From the IMG/VR virus record IMGVR_UViG_3300024259_000011: DNA of 64,000 bases, one strand, 5' to 3'. The translations under genes were made by a program, and so were the position numbers. The notes beneath the pieces were generated by a model. It ran no database searches, had not been told where the DNA came from, and saw only the letters and a program-made list of their open reading frames with translations. This DNA is from a virus. Lineage: Duplodnaviria > Caudoviricetes. This document shows, one piece after another, positions 9,397 to 19,586 of this stretch. Position 1 is the first letter of the stretch. Each line of letters begins with the position of its first letter.

Positions 9397-12300
9397 TTAA
9401 CAACTCTGTGCATTCTGGTTGCCGGGGGCGCACTTGTTGCCAGTACATTCTAGTCCCAGAGCTTCTTGCGGATTGACTTTCACACCATTAACCTTGAACT
9501 CAAAGTGGAGGTGGGCTCCGTACGAGCCGCCAGTATTATCCGCTTGTCCGATTACTTGTCCCTTTGTTACCGTGGCACCCACGGATACTGCGGAAGACAG
9601 CAGATGCATGTATATTGATTCTCTACCGCCGCCATGATCAATCTTAACCATGTTGCCGGCGCCGCCATTACAACTGCCGCCATTGGATGTGTCATTGCAG
9701 TTGTTAGTCGCCAAAGTAACTGTGCCCGGGGCACCAGCAAGAAGTGGTCCGCCATGAGTCGAGGGATTGGATGAAACTACATCAATGCCGTTGTGATTTT
9801 GCATTGCCCCAGTGTCCCAGCAACGGGCGCGCATTCCATAATCAGAAGTAATCGACGGAGTACCAGCGATTGGCCATGAGCCGTTCTGGGCTATGTCTCC
9901 CAACGCTGCAACTTGAGCCGCTGTCATTGGAGTGCCGCCGCCGCCGGCTGCGCCTGCAGCACCGGGTACACCAGCAGCGCCACCGCATTGTTCTGGAGCG
10001 CCGGCTGCAGCAGCAGCGCCGCCACCGGAACCGGCTACGGTTCCTCCTGCACCAGCAGCGTTAGAGCCTTGAGAAGCCCACTCTTGTGCTGGCGGCATGG
10101 GAACGCCACCACTTGTCATGTAGCCTTTAATAAGGGTCATAAGCCGATCCCAGTCAAAGGTTGGTTGACCGTTGATGTTGGGGCTATAAGAGTTAATCTG
10201 GCGTTTTCCATTTGGTGCCATCTTACCACCATCGGGACCGCCTTCAACCGGATAAGAAATGCCATCTGGAAATGGTACGGAGAGGTGTGTGCCCGGGTCG
10301 GAGCGATCTGCTTTTGTCTCGTCATGACCAAAGATGTGAGTTCGATCAACTGGGATCTGGTTTCTGTGACAAACGTTTGCGATTAAGAATGCTAAGTTTT
10401 CATATACTGCATCATTATAAATAGATCCCGGGCTGTTTGACTCTTGTTCCGGAATGCCGCTGATCTCGACTTGAACTGCGCCGGTGTTGTTGCCGCCGGG
10501 AACGGATTTATCTTTGTCCATGGAGACACCCCAAGCATCTCTGCGATATTCTCCGGCGCTCAAGCCTCCGGCGCCGTTTGCAACAGCACTCTCTTTTACG
10601 AATTGGAACACCCAACCGCCCTGATTAATGCCGTAGTGAGTGCTGCCCAATCCGGAGCCGTCGTCAAAGTCAGAGCCGCCGGCGGTCTGGTTATTGCCGG
10701 CTGTTGTATGAACAATAAAATGAGTGATATCTGCTGGGGTTCTGTTCCGTTCGCTCCACCTGTTGGCGTGTGCCGGATACCAGCCGCCTTGATCGTTTGG
10801 GTTGCGACCGCCATCAAAGTTAATGTAACTGAATGGCGGATAAGCGTCTAGGGAAGCGGCGCCGCCTTGTGCTACTCCGCCGCCCTCGGCGGGTGTAGTG
10901 CCGTCAGCAGGCGGGGGATCTTCAGCGCTGGCTGCGCCAGAAGTATCAGTCTCTTCCACTGGGTCAGAACCGAAGTAGGCATCTGGGTCTGGGATGTCGG
11001 CTGAGCCGTCTGAGTATTCGTCTGTTGCCGCGTCAACATCTGACGCTCCGCTGCCGCCGCTGTCGTATCCTAGTTCCGTAGCGGCTGCTTGAGCTACATG
11101 TGACGCGGCTTTGCCTGCATCTGCGATATCTCCCATTCCTGAAAAAGCGCTCACCATGCTAGGTGCGGTTTGAACAGCCATCATATATGCTTCCAAGGAG
11201 ATTGTCTGCATAGCAGGGTTTCTCTCGGCAACACGGTTCCATGATTCAATGCGTTCAATAGCTTCTTGAATCTGTTTACCGAATGTTTCATAGCTTAAGT
11301 TGTTCAAAGCGCCACCTTCAGCAGCTTGTTCATAAGCAAGAGGGCTGAATCGATTAAAGTTTTTAATGATATCCCAGCGGGTACTCTTCCAACAAGGAGT
11401 ATGCTCTTCTGCGTTCAGCCAGTCCCACCATGTCATAGAATATCGAACTTGAGACTTGATCGGCGGGACCATCGGTTCTTCTCTTGGGAACGCTCGGCTG
11501 GTTACATCTTTCACTTCGTCTATAACCTCGGCTGCAACACCGAAACCATCAGCTATATCTTCCATGAGTTCATCACCAGTAAGATCTGCTACAAGATCTG
11601 CAGCCTTACCTCCCAGATCGACAGCTTCTTCTAAGGAGAGTCCGTTACAAGGCGCATCAATCAAAGTTGGATCCCAGCCCTCACATTCGCAACGTGGATC
11701 TGGATCTCCCTCTTCGCAGAACCATTTTAGCCCAAAATAACCAGAACTCCAATCTTCAACACGCTCGGTGGTGGACTCGAACCCGGGCTCAGGCAGATAA
11801 GATGGCGAGTCAGCTTCTGTAGATAGCTCTCCGATATAAGGCGCTGTGCCCTTTGGAGCAAGGAACTCAAGCTCCTCCCTCACACGACCGGGCGGTTTCT
11901 CCGAAGACACTCTATAGTCTTCAAAGCCACTGCCCATCAATCCGAAAGCCGGAATAATATTCTTGAATCCCATTTTGACATAATCTTCTATTGCTGTAAC
12001 AAAATCCGTAGCCTTCAATGCGTTCTGACCGCGCACAGACCGAAGGAACACCTCGCCTGTGGAATCATTAACATAGACATCAGACTTTCCATTGGTGGAA
12101 AGTATTTGGCATATTGACCAATCAACCTTAGAAAAGCATGCATAAGGGAATGAATCTTTATATCGAATGGCGACTGGAGTTTCTTCGCCGTCTAGCTCTG
12201 CGATAGTGTATGTCGCGCTAGGAAGCCATGGGTTTGTGAACCCTACCTGTAGGTGGTATTCCCTACCCGCCTTCATCATCGCTGACGTAAGATATTCTGC

Positions 12301-13431
12301 TTGGCGCGAGTACTTGTCTTTGTCACCCGGAGAGAGGTATCCCCATGTCGGCTCCATGACGATGCCTTTTGCTCCAGAGAGCGTAGCATAATCTACTACG
12401 GTGTCAATAAACTTAGCTGCCTTGCCGGGATAAGGCTTGCCGGATACATAAACTCGGACACCGCCCAGTTGAAACATGCGTGCATATGCCATAAATACAT
12501 TCTTTTGGGCGTATCTGTCTCTCGCATCGCCCTCATATTGTTCAACACATTCCATCACAACGTACCCAAGGTTTGCCCAGAGCGCTCGCTTAAGCGCAGC
12601 CATAGGCTGGGGCATTTTGGGATCTAGAAGCGAAGCCCTGCTAATAAATACTCCCTTGTGATTGTACGGCGAAGCAATTGTATTCAAACTGCCATCTGGG
12701 TTGCGACCCGGGGCGACTTGAGAAAGCGTAGTGATTGAGGTCATGATCTCTAGCATGCAGTCCCAATCGCAATCCTCTGGGAACATGAACGGGTTAACGT
12801 CTTCGTTTGAGACCTCTTCACCACCAACAGCGTCACCCTCTCCACCTTTCGCGTCGAGGGCTGCAGAGCCGCCGGCGTCTGAGGGTGGGCATGAGCCGCC
12901 CTTCTTAAGACCGCCATCAGCTTCGCGAGTCACAACGTTGGCAAGAATCTCTCCGGCGCTATGTGGGTCGCCGTTAGCAATGCTAACTATTACAGCATCA
13001 CCACATTCGGGCTTCTCAATATTTTGTGAAGAAGCATAGTATGTTGGATGCATGTTGATCCAGAACTGGTGCTTGCCCTTAGCTCCGTCGCATCCATATT
13101 TTTCAGGTGCGGGGATCCCTGCGTGAAGAGTCGGGATACGCGCCTTGATTTTAATTGTTTCTGGTATATCGGTCTCTAAGATCTCTTTATACCAAGCTTT
13201 CATCCAACTAGTGCCCGGAACTTTATTAGATTCCGTGTCCACACGAAGGACAATAGCCTTCTGTGGTCCAGAAGGCTTGTTCTTGGGGGTCGCAGTGTCA
13301 ATTGCGTTCTGCCTAAGCTGAGACATCAGGCTGGTGCGCTGATTGCTGCTTATTGCACGATTTGTTGTGTTCTTCTTACCCGAGTTTAGTTTGCCCCAAA
13401 CTAGGTCTTTGAACGGTCCTTTCTTCCCCAT
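9397..13431 (-). CDS. Baseplate hub-like protein with N-acetylmuramoyl-L-alanine amidase and M23 peptidase domains
   Basis: Amidase_2 motifs: HFIVHTT, STHY, VQVE, GHDE, SDPG. M23 motifs: HNGID, YMHL, GAHLHFE. The N-terminal IKARIP...PECGDAVIV segment resembles a gp5 OB-like region. Confidence 0.8.
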   Translation of the reverse strand: MGKKGPFKDLVWGKLNSGKKNTTNRAISSNQRTSLMSQLRQNAIDTATPKNKPSGPQKAIVLRVDTESNKVPGTSWMKAWYKEILETDIPETIKIKARIPTLHAGIPAPEKYGCDGAKGKHQFWINMHPTYYASSQNIEKPECGDAVIVSIANGDPHSAGEILANVVTREADGGLKKGGSCPPSDAGGSAALDAKGGEGDAVGGEEVSNEDVNPFMFPEDCDWDCMLEIMTSITTLSQVAPGRNPDGSLNTIASPYNHKGVFISRASLLDPKMPQPMAALKRALWANLGYVVMECVEQYEGDARDRYAQKNVFMAYARMFQLGGVRVYVSGKPYPGKAAKFIDTVVDYATLSGAKGIVMEPTWGYLSPGDKDKYSRQAEYLTSAMMKAGREYHLQVGFTNPWLPSATYTIAELDGEETPVAIRYKDSFPYACFSKVDWSICQILSTNGKSDVYVNDSTGEVFLRSVRGQNALKATDFVTAIEDYVKMGFKNIIPAFGLMGSGFEDYRVSSEKPPGRVREELEFLAPKGTAPYIGELSTEADSPSYLPEPGFESTTERVEDWSSGYFGLKWFCEEGDPDPRCECEGWDPTLIDAPCNGLSLEEAVDLGGKAADLVADLTGDELMEDIADGFGVAAEVIDEVKDVTSRAFPREEPMVPPIKSQVRYSMTWWDWLNAEEHTPCWKSTRWDIIKNFNRFSPLAYEQAAEGGALNNLSYETFGKQIQEAIERIESWNRVAERNPAMQTISLEAYMMAVQTAPSMVSAFSGMGDIADAGKAASHVAQAAATELGYDSGGSGASDVDAATDEYSDGSADIPDPDAYFGSDPVEETDTSGAASAEDPPPADGTTPAEGGGVAQGGAASLDAYPPFSYINFDGGRNPNDQGGWYPAHANRWSERNRTPADITHFIVHTTAGNNQTAGGSDFDDGSGLGSTHYGINQGGWVFQFVKESAVANGAGGLSAGEYRRDAWGVSMDKDKSVPGGNNTGAVQVEISGIPEQESNSPGSIYNDAVYENLAFLIANVCHRNQIPVDRTHIFGHDETKADRSDPGTHLSVPFPDGISYPVEGGPDGGKMAPNGKRQINSYSPNINGQPTFDWDRLMTLIKGYMTSGGVPMPPAQEWASQGSNAAGAGGTVAGSGGGAAAAAGAPEQCGGAAGVPGAAGAAGGGGTPMTAAQVAALGDIAQNGSWPIAGTPSITSDYGMRARCWDTGAMQNHNGIDVVSSNPSTHGGPLLAGAPGTVTLATNNCNDTSNGGSCNGGAGNMVKIDHGGGRESIYMHLLSSAVSVGATVTKGQVIGQADNTGGSYGAHLHFEFKVNGVKVNPQEALGLECTGNKCAPGNQNAQSC

Positions 13432-13435
13432 GCCA

Positions 13436-13732
13436 TTATGATTCCTTTATCAGATCGTATATCTTGTCTTTATCCATGTCGGTCAAGGAAGCGGTAGTGG
13501 AATCCCCTTGACGCTTAAGTAAAAGTCCCGATATTTTAACCAGTTGCTCATTAGAGCGTTGGAGGGTTTCGACATATTTTGCGGCTGTAAGCCCAACGTC
13601 GCGGTGAGTAGACTCACCCTTCGCAAGAAACTGAATAATATCGTCTAAAAGCTCTTTTGTAACATCACGATCTTCACGGATATTGTCAATAGCTTCTTCT
13701 AGATAATCATCGATGTTCTGCTTCTTGCTCAT
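13436..13732 (-). CDS. Hypothetical helical protein
   Basis: 98-aa ORF coupled to the sigma-like gene. Confidence 0.75.
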   Translation of the reverse strand: MSKKQNIDDYLEEAIDNIREDRDVTKELLDDIIQFLAKGESTHRDVGLTAAKYVETLQRSNEQLVKISGLLLKRQGDSTTASLTDMDKDKIYDLIKES

Positions 13733-14421
13733 AATTTCCCCTCATCCCAGTCTTTCTTAAAAGTTCTGTATTTCGCCCTCATTTTGTTGAGGTTGTTTAC
13801 AATCTGTTTTGTGTTTAGACCGGTAATCTCTCTAATGTATAAATAAATAGCTTTCTTATTGAAAATTTCAATCGAATCTGGGTTGTCTAAGAGGATCTTT
13901 ATCGCTTCTAATACTTTTTTCTCATTTGGTTTGAGGTTTCCGGTGTCCCATGACTCCATTTCCTTCCATAAGTTTTCCCAAAACTCCCTTTCAGTACGCT
14001 TAGCATAATAGCCGTGAGTGACGACTAACTTCTCATCTAAGATCGGTCTGACCATCACATCCGTAATCGAGATTTCAACTCGGCGTGCTTTTGAGTTCTT
14101 TTTAACCTTTGCGATAAACCAGTTCTTTGTGATCACCGAAAAATACGAAAAAGCTTTAGAGCCCTTGGACGGGTCGAACTTCTGTAAGATCGTGGTAAGC
14201 CAAATCTTACATTCATCCCTTAGGGAATCAATATTCGGCAGTGTGGTAAATCTGTATGTGAAAACTATCTTGTCAACCATCTCGCTAAAGACTGGACCAA
14301 TATAGTTGTTGTATAAATATTCTCTTTCATCCAAGTCTGTAGTATTATTGAAATCAATAATTGCCTGTTCATGGACTTTAGTAAAATATGCTGTTTTTCT
14401 ACGGCGCTTCGCCATCTTCAA
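13729..14421 (-). CDS. Phage sigma-like transcription factor (T4 gp55-like)
   Basis: YFT..EQAII N-terminus and region-2-like KFDPSKGSKAFSYFSVITKNWFI, comparable to gp55 NFDETK..HAYIT..FN. Confidence 0.7.
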   Translation of the reverse strand: MKMAKRRRKTAYFTKVHEQAIIDFNNTTDLDEREYLYNNYIGPVFSEMVDKIVFTYRFTTLPNIDSLRDECKIWLTTILQKFDPSKGSKAFSYFSVITKNWFIAKVKKNSKARRVEISITDVMVRPILDEKLVVTHGYYAKRTEREFWENLWKEMESWDTGNLKPNEKKVLEAIKILLDNPDSIEIFNKKAIYLYIREITGLNTKQIVNNLNKMRAKYRTFKKDWDEGKL

Positions 14422-14743
14422 CTTCTCCTTCTTCCTGTTCTGCAGCGCCTAGATTTTCATATCCATCCGCTATTGTGTAAATCTCATCAAATTCTTGAAG
14501 CATAGTCACAACTAGCGTAGAGTGCTCTAACAGGGCTTGGAGGGTTTGGTCACCATAGAATGTTTCCATACCATGTACTGCGTCTAAGTGTTCTGTAAAC
14601 TTCCTCATAACTTCGTTCACCTCACCTAAGTTGCTTGAAACAAAAAGCAGCTTGGTTAATAAATTCCGAATGAACCAAAGCGCTACAACATTTAGTGTCG
14701 CAGAGACGACCAACAACGTTATTATTATTTGTAATGTGGTCAT
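14399..14743 (-). CDS. Membrane-anchored coiled-coil protein
   Basis: Hydrophobic N-terminal helix IIITLLVVSATLNVVALWFI. Confidence 0.7.
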   Translation of the reverse strand: MTTLQIIITLLVVSATLNVVALWFIRNLLTKLLFVSSNLGEVNEVMRKFTEHLDAVHGMETFYGDQTLQALLEHSTLVVTMLQEFDEIYTIADGYENLGAAEQEEGEVEDGEAP

Positions 14744-15015
14744 TTTTTCTCCTTATAATCTTTTCCACGCAAGTCGGCTTTTTCTTGTGCCAACTCTTCA
14801 CGCGCATCTTGGATGTGTTGTTCAACTAGCTCTCCGACTTTCTGACCGGTCGGAGCAGACATAGCTGTGCCTGCCTTTATAAACGTAATGGCAGGAACAC
14901 GGACCAATGTGGATTTTTCATCACACTGATCACAATCTGTTAGGCACTCTTTCATAGAGTGAACTGTTTCCAGTGTGAAATCGCATTTTTCACACCGGTA
15001 TGTATACCTCGGCAT
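14740..15015 (-). CDS. FmdB-family zinc-ribbon protein
   Basis: MPRYTYRCEKC...CDQC...LVR pattern. Confidence 0.85.
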   Translation of the reverse strand: MPRYTYRCEKCDFTLETVHSMKECLTDCDQCDEKSTLVRVPAITFIKAGTAMSAPTGQKVGELVEQHIQDAREELAQEKADLRGKDYKEKK

Positions 15016-15021
15016 ATGCGG

Positions 15022-15237
15022 CTAATCCTTGTCGGGACCGCTATCCGTATCTGGTGCCCGGGTGGTGGGCGGGTTTGAGACAACGAGCCTTGAGTCGTCG
15101 TCAAAAACAAAATTAAACCCCCTAAGCACCGGAACGATATCGCTCTGGTCCAGTAGTGAGTTTTGGAGCGCTAGCATAACGGCTCCGAGTGCTTGGTCAG
15201 ACAAATTAAGTGTCTTCATGGTTGTGGACATATTCAT
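15022..15237 (-). CDS. Hypothetical protein
   Basis: In-operon ORF with an SD-like GGAG upstream. Confidence 0.7.
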   Translation of the reverse strand: MNMSTTMKTLNLSDQALGAVMLALQNSLLDQSDIVPVLRGFNFVFDDDSRLVVSNPPTTRAPDTDSGPDKD

Positions 15238-15244
15238 ATTCTCC

Positions 15245-16216
15245 TTATAGTTCCTTTACCCATCGGTCGATCATGTCATCCAGAAGTGTTTCAAATGTAT
15301 ATTCTGGTTTCCAGCCCAAGACATCTACAGCCTTAGAAGGATCCCCCTTAAGATACTTAAGTTCTTCAGGACGCATATACTTTGGATTCTGAATGACATA
15401 ATCTTCGTAGTTCATTTCCAACTTGGTGAAGACTCTTTCTACAAGATTTCTTACAGAATGTGTCTCCCCAGTTGCAACAATAAATTCGTCCGGCTCATGA
15501 TGGTTCATAATCATGTGCATCGCACGAACATAATCTTTTGAGTGTCCCCAGTCTCGATAGGAGTCTAGGTTACCCAATTCAAGTTTATCTCTCAGCCCCT
15601 TTTTGATTTGCACAGCAGTCTTCACAACCTTGTTTGTCACAAAGTTTGAGCCGCGTCGAGGGGATTCGTGATTAAACAGAATACCATTACATGCGTGAAG
15701 TCCGTATGCATGGCGATAATGTCTAACCAAGTTGTACCCCATGACCTTTGCGCAGCCATAAGGACTGACAGGGTTCATGGGGGTAGTGAGGCGCTGTACG
15801 CCATCGGCGTCAACAGAGTTGCCGAACATCTCTGAAGAGCTTGCCTGATAGAAGCCAGCATTAGGAACGAAAGAGCGATAGACTTCCAACATATTCAGCA
15901 CACCCAAAGCATTTGTTTGGATAGTAAACGATGGCATGTCATAACTGATTCGTACATGGCTCATAGCTCCAAGGTTATAAATCTCATCAGGGCGGGTTTC
16001 CGACACAATACGGACCAGAGAAGGGTAATCAGTTAGATCCCCGTAGTGCGTGTGAATCTGCCCCTGCAAGTGCTGAATGCGGCTGTCTTGATTCTCTGAA
16101 ACAGATGACCTTCGGATGATTCCGTGGACCTCGTAGTTCTTTTCTAACAGCAGTTCAGATAGGTAGCTTCCATCCTGTCCTGCGATTCCTGTGATTAATG
16201 CTTTCTTTTTGCTCAT
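15245..16216 (-). CDS. gmd: GDP-mannose 4,6-dehydratase
   Basis: ALITGIAGQDGSYL, YQASSSEMFG, SPYGCAK, GILFNHESPRRG, RDWGHSKDYV. Confidence 0.97.
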   Translation of the reverse strand: MSKKKALITGIAGQDGSYLSELLLEKNYEVHGIIRRSSVSENQDSRIQHLQGQIHTHYGDLTDYPSLVRIVSETRPDEIYNLGAMSHVRISYDMPSFTIQTNALGVLNMLEVYRSFVPNAGFYQASSSEMFGNSVDADGVQRLTTPMNPVSPYGCAKVMGYNLVRHYRHAYGLHACNGILFNHESPRRGSNFVTNKVVKTAVQIKKGLRDKLELGNLDSYRDWGHSKDYVRAMHMIMNHHEPDEFIVATGETHSVRNLVERVFTKLEMNYEDYVIQNPKYMRPEELKYLKGDPSKAVDVLGWKPEYTFETLLDDMIDRWVKEL

Positions 16217-16860
16217 TTAAGTTCCTTGTAGTATCCACCAACAGTAAAAGAAGTGCCACGGGTAGCTGACTTCTTCGCCTTTGATGGGTCGTATTTGTTA
16301 AGTGGTAAAATTCTAAAATCAAATGATACGCGGGTCTGACCCGAATCATTAATCATGTTGCCGTGATTGAGCTTCCCCCCGTCCCAGACTGTAAACTCGC
16401 CCTGATTCATTTCTATTGGCGCAAAGTCACCAAGACCCGGCACAGATTCACTCCATGTTGCGTTCGTACCAAACATATCGGTCACAGCAATCTGGATGTT
16501 GATCTCTCCCTCTGGGTGATTATATCCGGGTTGTGAATCACAATGGAATTCGGGCACTGCCCAGTTGCCCACCAAATGTACACGGAACGTAGGGAGGGTT
16601 TGGTAAATAAAGTCTCTACTTCCGTAAATCGGTACAATGACTTCTTTGACAAAGAGATCATAAGTGTCATGGAAGTCTGACCAACCTGATCGGAGCTTGT
16701 CATAAAACCGGTCATGCAACACGGTATTGGAGTTGTTTTCCATAGTAAATGGTTCGTAGGTATAATGTTTATGTAGGTTCTCCAAATCCTCATGCCCCAA
16801 AGCCTCGCAAACCAATGCGCGGAGAGGGTAATTCTCTACATCATATGTCTTTTTTTTCAT
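16213..16860 (-). CDS. StrG-like / Fe(II)-dioxygenase-fold protein
   Basis: PTFRVH..EFHCDS (HxD), HGNMIN, TRVSFDFR. Confidence 0.65.
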   Translation of the reverse strand: MKKKTYDVENYPLRALVCEALGHEDLENLHKHYTYEPFTMENNSNTVLHDRFYDKLRSGWSDFHDTYDLFVKEVIVPIYGSRDFIYQTLPTFRVHLVGNWAVPEFHCDSQPGYNHPEGEINIQIAVTDMFGTNATWSESVPGLGDFAPIEMNQGEFTVWDGGKLNHGNMINDSGQTRVSFDFRILPLNKYDPSKAKKSATRGTSFTVGGYYKELK

Positions 16861-17279
16861 TGTTTCTCCTCGATATAAGTCTTGTCTTTTTCGACGCCAA
16901 AATAGGGACCGGTCTTGAACTCATATAAAATAGTGCCCTCTTCTAAAACCTCAAAGCTGTGACCACCACGGAACACAATTGCGGCATCGCCTTCGCCCAA
17001 CTCTGTCTCATAAATCAATTGATCGTCGATATCCCAGAACCTAGCAGCAACGCGACCCTTCAAAAACACCCAAGCCTCTTGGGTAATATCTGTCGTTCGG
17101 ATTATCTCGTTGTGGCGGTGAGGTGCAAAGGTGGTTCCCTTGGAAAGCTTCTTGGTTGCACACTGTAAGTATTGATCGTCTGGACTAAGATCGGCGCGGT
17201 TGACACCGATTTCGTCGCCCCGGTTAATAACCAGCAGCAGCGTGCCGGGGTCTGCTGCAGAATGGACATGAATCATCAT
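16857..17279 (-). CDS. WbuC-like cupin
   Basis: PHRH...TQE, GGHSF, YEFKTGPY. Confidence 0.7.
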   Translation of the reverse strand: MMIHVHSAADPGTLLLVINRGDEIGVNRADLSPDDQYLQCATKKLSKGTTFAPHRHNEIIRTTDITQEAWVFLKGRVAARFWDIDDQLIYETELGEGDAAIVFRGGHSFEVLEEGTILYEFKTGPYFGVEKDKTYIEEKQ

Positions 17280-18391
17280 TTTCTCCTGTAGAATTCTTTA
17301 ATTACATCGCAGACATATAAAATCTGCTTCTCTGTTAGCGCGGCAAAAGAGGGCAGGCACACGCCATGGTTACGGGCGTGTTCGGCAACCTCAAAATGCT
17401 TGCGGTTGTGGCGCTCGTCATCAGCCCAGATGTCAAAACAGGGCTGTAGATGGAGCGGGTGAAAAAAGGTTCTTGGCTCAACGCCATTCATAGACATAAA
17501 GCCCATCAAATGTTCGCTCGGATGGCTTCGGGTGCGCAAGATAACTCGGAACGGCACATACGGCTCTACCTTTTCAGCCGGAGACAAAAGCTCAACCTCT
17601 TCAACATCTGCTAGCGCTTCTTTATAAAGGCTGTAGTTTTTCTGCTTTTTCTCGATGATTTCGGGCAGCTTCTTTAGCTGAGCCAAACCGATTGCCGCTT
17701 GTACGTCATTCATCCGAAAGTTGTATCCGATTGCTGGGTGTTCAAAAGTGCCTCTATGGAGACGACCTTGGTTTCTCAGAAGAAGAAGTTTATTATAGAT
17801 CTCTTCGTCGTCTGTCGTTACAAAGCCGCCCTCGCAGGTGGTTAAAGTCTTGTCTGCAAAGAAAGAAAAGGATCCGGTGTCTCCAAAGCTTCCGCAGCCT
17901 TGACCGTCCCACTTAATACTTAGTGCCTGAGCAGCGTCTTCGATAACCATTAGGTTCCTTTCTTCTGCGTACTTCATGATCTCCGTCATGTTTGCTGCAA
18001 ATCCATAGATATGAACCGGCATAATTGCCTTAGTTTTGTCGGTGCGTACACGCTCGCAATCGTCAATGCGAAGTTGCAAGTCGTGACATCCAACGTCAAC
18101 AAATACGGGGCGGGCACCAACCATTTCGACGGCGTTTGCGGAGGCAATAAATGTGAAGTCTGGCACAATGACTTCATCGCCGGGACCGATACCCATCGCC
18201 CGTAAAGCGAGGTAAAGCGACAAAGTGCCATTTGGAGCGAAAACACCGTATTTACTTCCAATTATTTCAAGCAATTTCTCGCTAAACTCTGCTGCCTTCG
18301 GACCTTCTGTAATCCAGTTGTCTTCAAAGCAGCTTTTAATAGCTTCATATTCTTCCATGCCAATGTAAGGCATAAACTGTGGAACTCTCAT
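17276..18391 (-). CDS. DegT/DnrJ/EryC1/StrS PLP aminotransferase (perosamine synthase-like)
   Basis: NGTLSL, EDAAQALS, SFFADKTLTTCEGG, GYNFRMNDVQAAIG. Confidence 0.95.
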   Translation of the reverse strand: MRVPQFMPYIGMEEYEAIKSCFEDNWITEGPKAAEFSEKLLEIIGSKYGVFAPNGTLSLYLALRAMGIGPGDEVIVPDFTFIASANAVEMVGARPVFVDVGCHDLQLRIDDCERVRTDKTKAIMPVHIYGFAANMTEIMKYAEERNLMVIEDAAQALSIKWDGQGCGSFGDTGSFSFFADKTLTTCEGGFVTTDDEEIYNKLLLLRNQGRLHRGTFEHPAIGYNFRMNDVQAAIGLAQLKKLPEIIEKKQKNYSLYKEALADVEEVELLSPAEKVEPYVPFRVILRTRSHPSEHLMGFMSMNGVEPRTFFHPLHLQPCFDIWADDERHNRKHFEVAEHARNHGVCLPSFAALTEKQILYVCDVIKEFYRRK

Positions 18392-18852
18392 GTACCGTAT
18401 TCCATCCTATAATTCGTGACATAATCACTGCATATTCCCAAACATCGGGATAAGTCTACTCTAGAGTATACCACGTTTTCTGGCATAACGCAAATGGTTT
18501 TCTCGTTTAATGTTTTTCCCGGGTATGCCCAAATCATGCCGGCAGAGGTTAATGTATAATCATCCTCTTGATGCCAGAACACGTTCCATCCTTTTTCGCG
18601 AGTAAAGTATGTGTATGTTTCTAAGTCTTTTGCGTGGATGAACAGATGCCCTCGGCGTTCTTCAAACCATTCAATAGGCAACTTGTGTTCGCCGTAGTCA
18701 TGACCCATGATAAACTGTCCGAGCATATTCCCCTTTCTAACGTCTATTTCGGCGTAGAAGCCTTCTGACAGGGCTTTGTCGATGTAGTCGGGGCTGTTCT
18801 CCAGTTCGGGCTTAGGACCGTCTGTGTTGCCTCTGTGGGCTATATACATCAT
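18388..18852 (-). CDS. GDPD/PLC-like phosphodiesterase-fold protein
   Basis: IAHRG...EN...EIDV, ICSDY. Confidence 0.75.
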   Translation of the reverse strand: MMYIAHRGNTDGPKPELENSPDYIDKALSEGFYAEIDVRKGNMLGQFIMGHDYGEHKLPIEWFEERRGHLFIHAKDLETYTYFTREKGWNVFWHQEDDYTLTSAGMIWAYPGKTLNEKTICVMPENVVYSRVDLSRCLGICSDYVTNYRMEYGT

Positions 18853-19586
18853 TGTTCAAGACCTCCGTGGAGGCGCCGAACAAGCTGGAAGTCTTCAATC
18901 TCCCAGAAGTGAAACTTGAACTTATCTAACATGTTTTCTTTTTCTATGTGATATGGGATAACGTCGTGGTTTGACATGCGGCAGTTCCCCACATAAATAT
19001 ATTCTGGTACTTTCCGGACCAAATCTATCGTACGGTCCATGGCTTCGGAGCCGCCAAACAACCAATATTCCAGCACGCCTTCTACGGGCATGCCTTTGCT
19101 GTTAAAGGTGTCAAAGACTGTATCCTTCTCATGGCGACCGCACCAGATAGAGTCACGGTCGAACTGGCTGAAATCCAAGGGCTTGAGCCACGCCACATCG
19201 AAACGAGATGTCATAACATAATCATATTTGAAGCCATGCTCTTTTTCGTAGTCGTCTTTAAGTCGTAGCACCTTTTCGTTAGAGTACCAACGACTCATGA
19301 TTGAATGAAAGTGCCGTGGCACATCAGAGTGTACCTTCTTATCAAATCTATTCGCCAATGAATCAAAGTCAATCTGTTTTTGAAGCATATATTTTTTAGG
19401 GTCATAAAACTCTACCAGTTCTTCTTCAGCTTCAGTGCTCCATGTGTGAAAGAACACATCGACTTCTTGACTTCCAAGGTTAATAATGTTGTCTTTGAAA
19501 TATGGGACTGCCAGTTGCCAGTCAACGGGGAGCCCTTTGTCATTCTTTCCGCCGGCAAGACCATTAAAACATAATGCAACTCTCAC
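18849..19586 (-). CDS. Putative glycosyltransferase-like protein
   Basis: RVALCFNG, DVFFHTWS, YDYVMTSRFD; lies inside the glycan cluster. Confidence 0.55.
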   Translation of the reverse strand: MRVALCFNGLAGGKNDKGLPVDWQLAVPYFKDNIINLGSQEVDVFFHTWSTEAEEELVEFYDPKKYMLQKQIDFDSLANRFDKKVHSDVPRHFHSIMSRWYSNEKVLRLKDDYEKEHGFKYDYVMTSRFDVAWLKPLDFSQFDRDSIWCGRHEKDTVFDTFNSKGMPVEGVLEYWLFGGSEAMDRTIDLVRKVPEYIYVGNCRMSNHDVIPYHIEKENMLDKFKFHFWEIEDFQLVRRLHGGLEQ

